A stretch of DNA of 64,000 nt. It comes from Octopus vulgaris. Lineage: Eukaryota. A model generated the notes under the pieces. It did no database searches and was not told where the DNA came from. It was given only the letters and a program-made list of their open reading frames with translations. The DNA lies in contig OX597820.1 of assembly GCA_951406725.2 (NCBI GenBank), positions 89,342,001 through 89,406,000 of the forward strand, read 5' to 3'. Positions 63,458 through 64,000 of the stretch are shown here, piece by piece (the stretch's first letter is position 1; each line of letters opens with the position of its first letter). A program made the position numbers and the translations under genes.

Positions 63458-64000
63458 ACATACTTGCTACGGTTGGAACGTGGTTTGCTTCCATCATAGT
63501 TTATCATTCAGTTCATCATTCACCCTATTACTTGCGTGCTATAGCTTTTATCAATCAAGGATTTGGGCATTGCCATTCAGAGCAATGTTTTCTCGTTCTC
63601 CGATATTTTTATTCTCTGGAAGACATGGTAGTATTAAACGGTCATGTCGACCAGCCACATCAGAATGAGTCACTAGTATAATTTTATATTATACTGAAAC
63701 TGAATTGGTTGCAACTCTTCAAATTTCAATTGAAACTACATCCTACCAGATACCAGCACTATTCTAATTAAAACGTCGTTATTACACCACAGTTGTTTGT
63801 GAGATCTGCGAGAAGACATTTGTTTCATTGTACATGTTTGATCTGGCATTTAGAAAGCAGACGTTTAAGTTAAGCTGTGCCGACATATGTCTTGCTAACG
63901 CTGGCAGGAAATAGATTAGCTTAAAATTCAACTTATATTTAGCTTAATGTTCACAAATGGAAGCTGCTAGCAAGAAATCTCAGCTTAATGCAAACGCAGA

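Overview
AT-rich, repeat-saturated eukaryotic DNA, almost certainly intronic or intergenic. The SINE families and the dense (TA)n/(CA)n/(TACA)n/(ATT)n tracts look like an Octopus (coleoid cephalopod) genome; this is an inference from repeat content. Most ORFs in the track are microsatellite artefacts. Supported content: four tRNA-derived SINE families; decayed Tc1/mariner transposons, one with intact 30-bp TIRs and TA TSDs; a Gypsy LTR-retrotransposon remnant; R4/Dong-, RTE- and CR1-like LINE fragments; and at least six Penelope-like element (PLE) remnants with RT or GIY-YIG motifs. The most notable non-obvious signal is about 11 minimal type-I hammerhead-ribozyme (HHR) motifs. They sit at PLE 3' ends and in small ORF-less, often fold-back cassettes within microsatellites. 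There are also several long palindromes and a candidate spliced minus-strand gene (21406-22989) that the ORF track misses. Most repeat boundaries are approximate to tens of bp, and no database search was possible.
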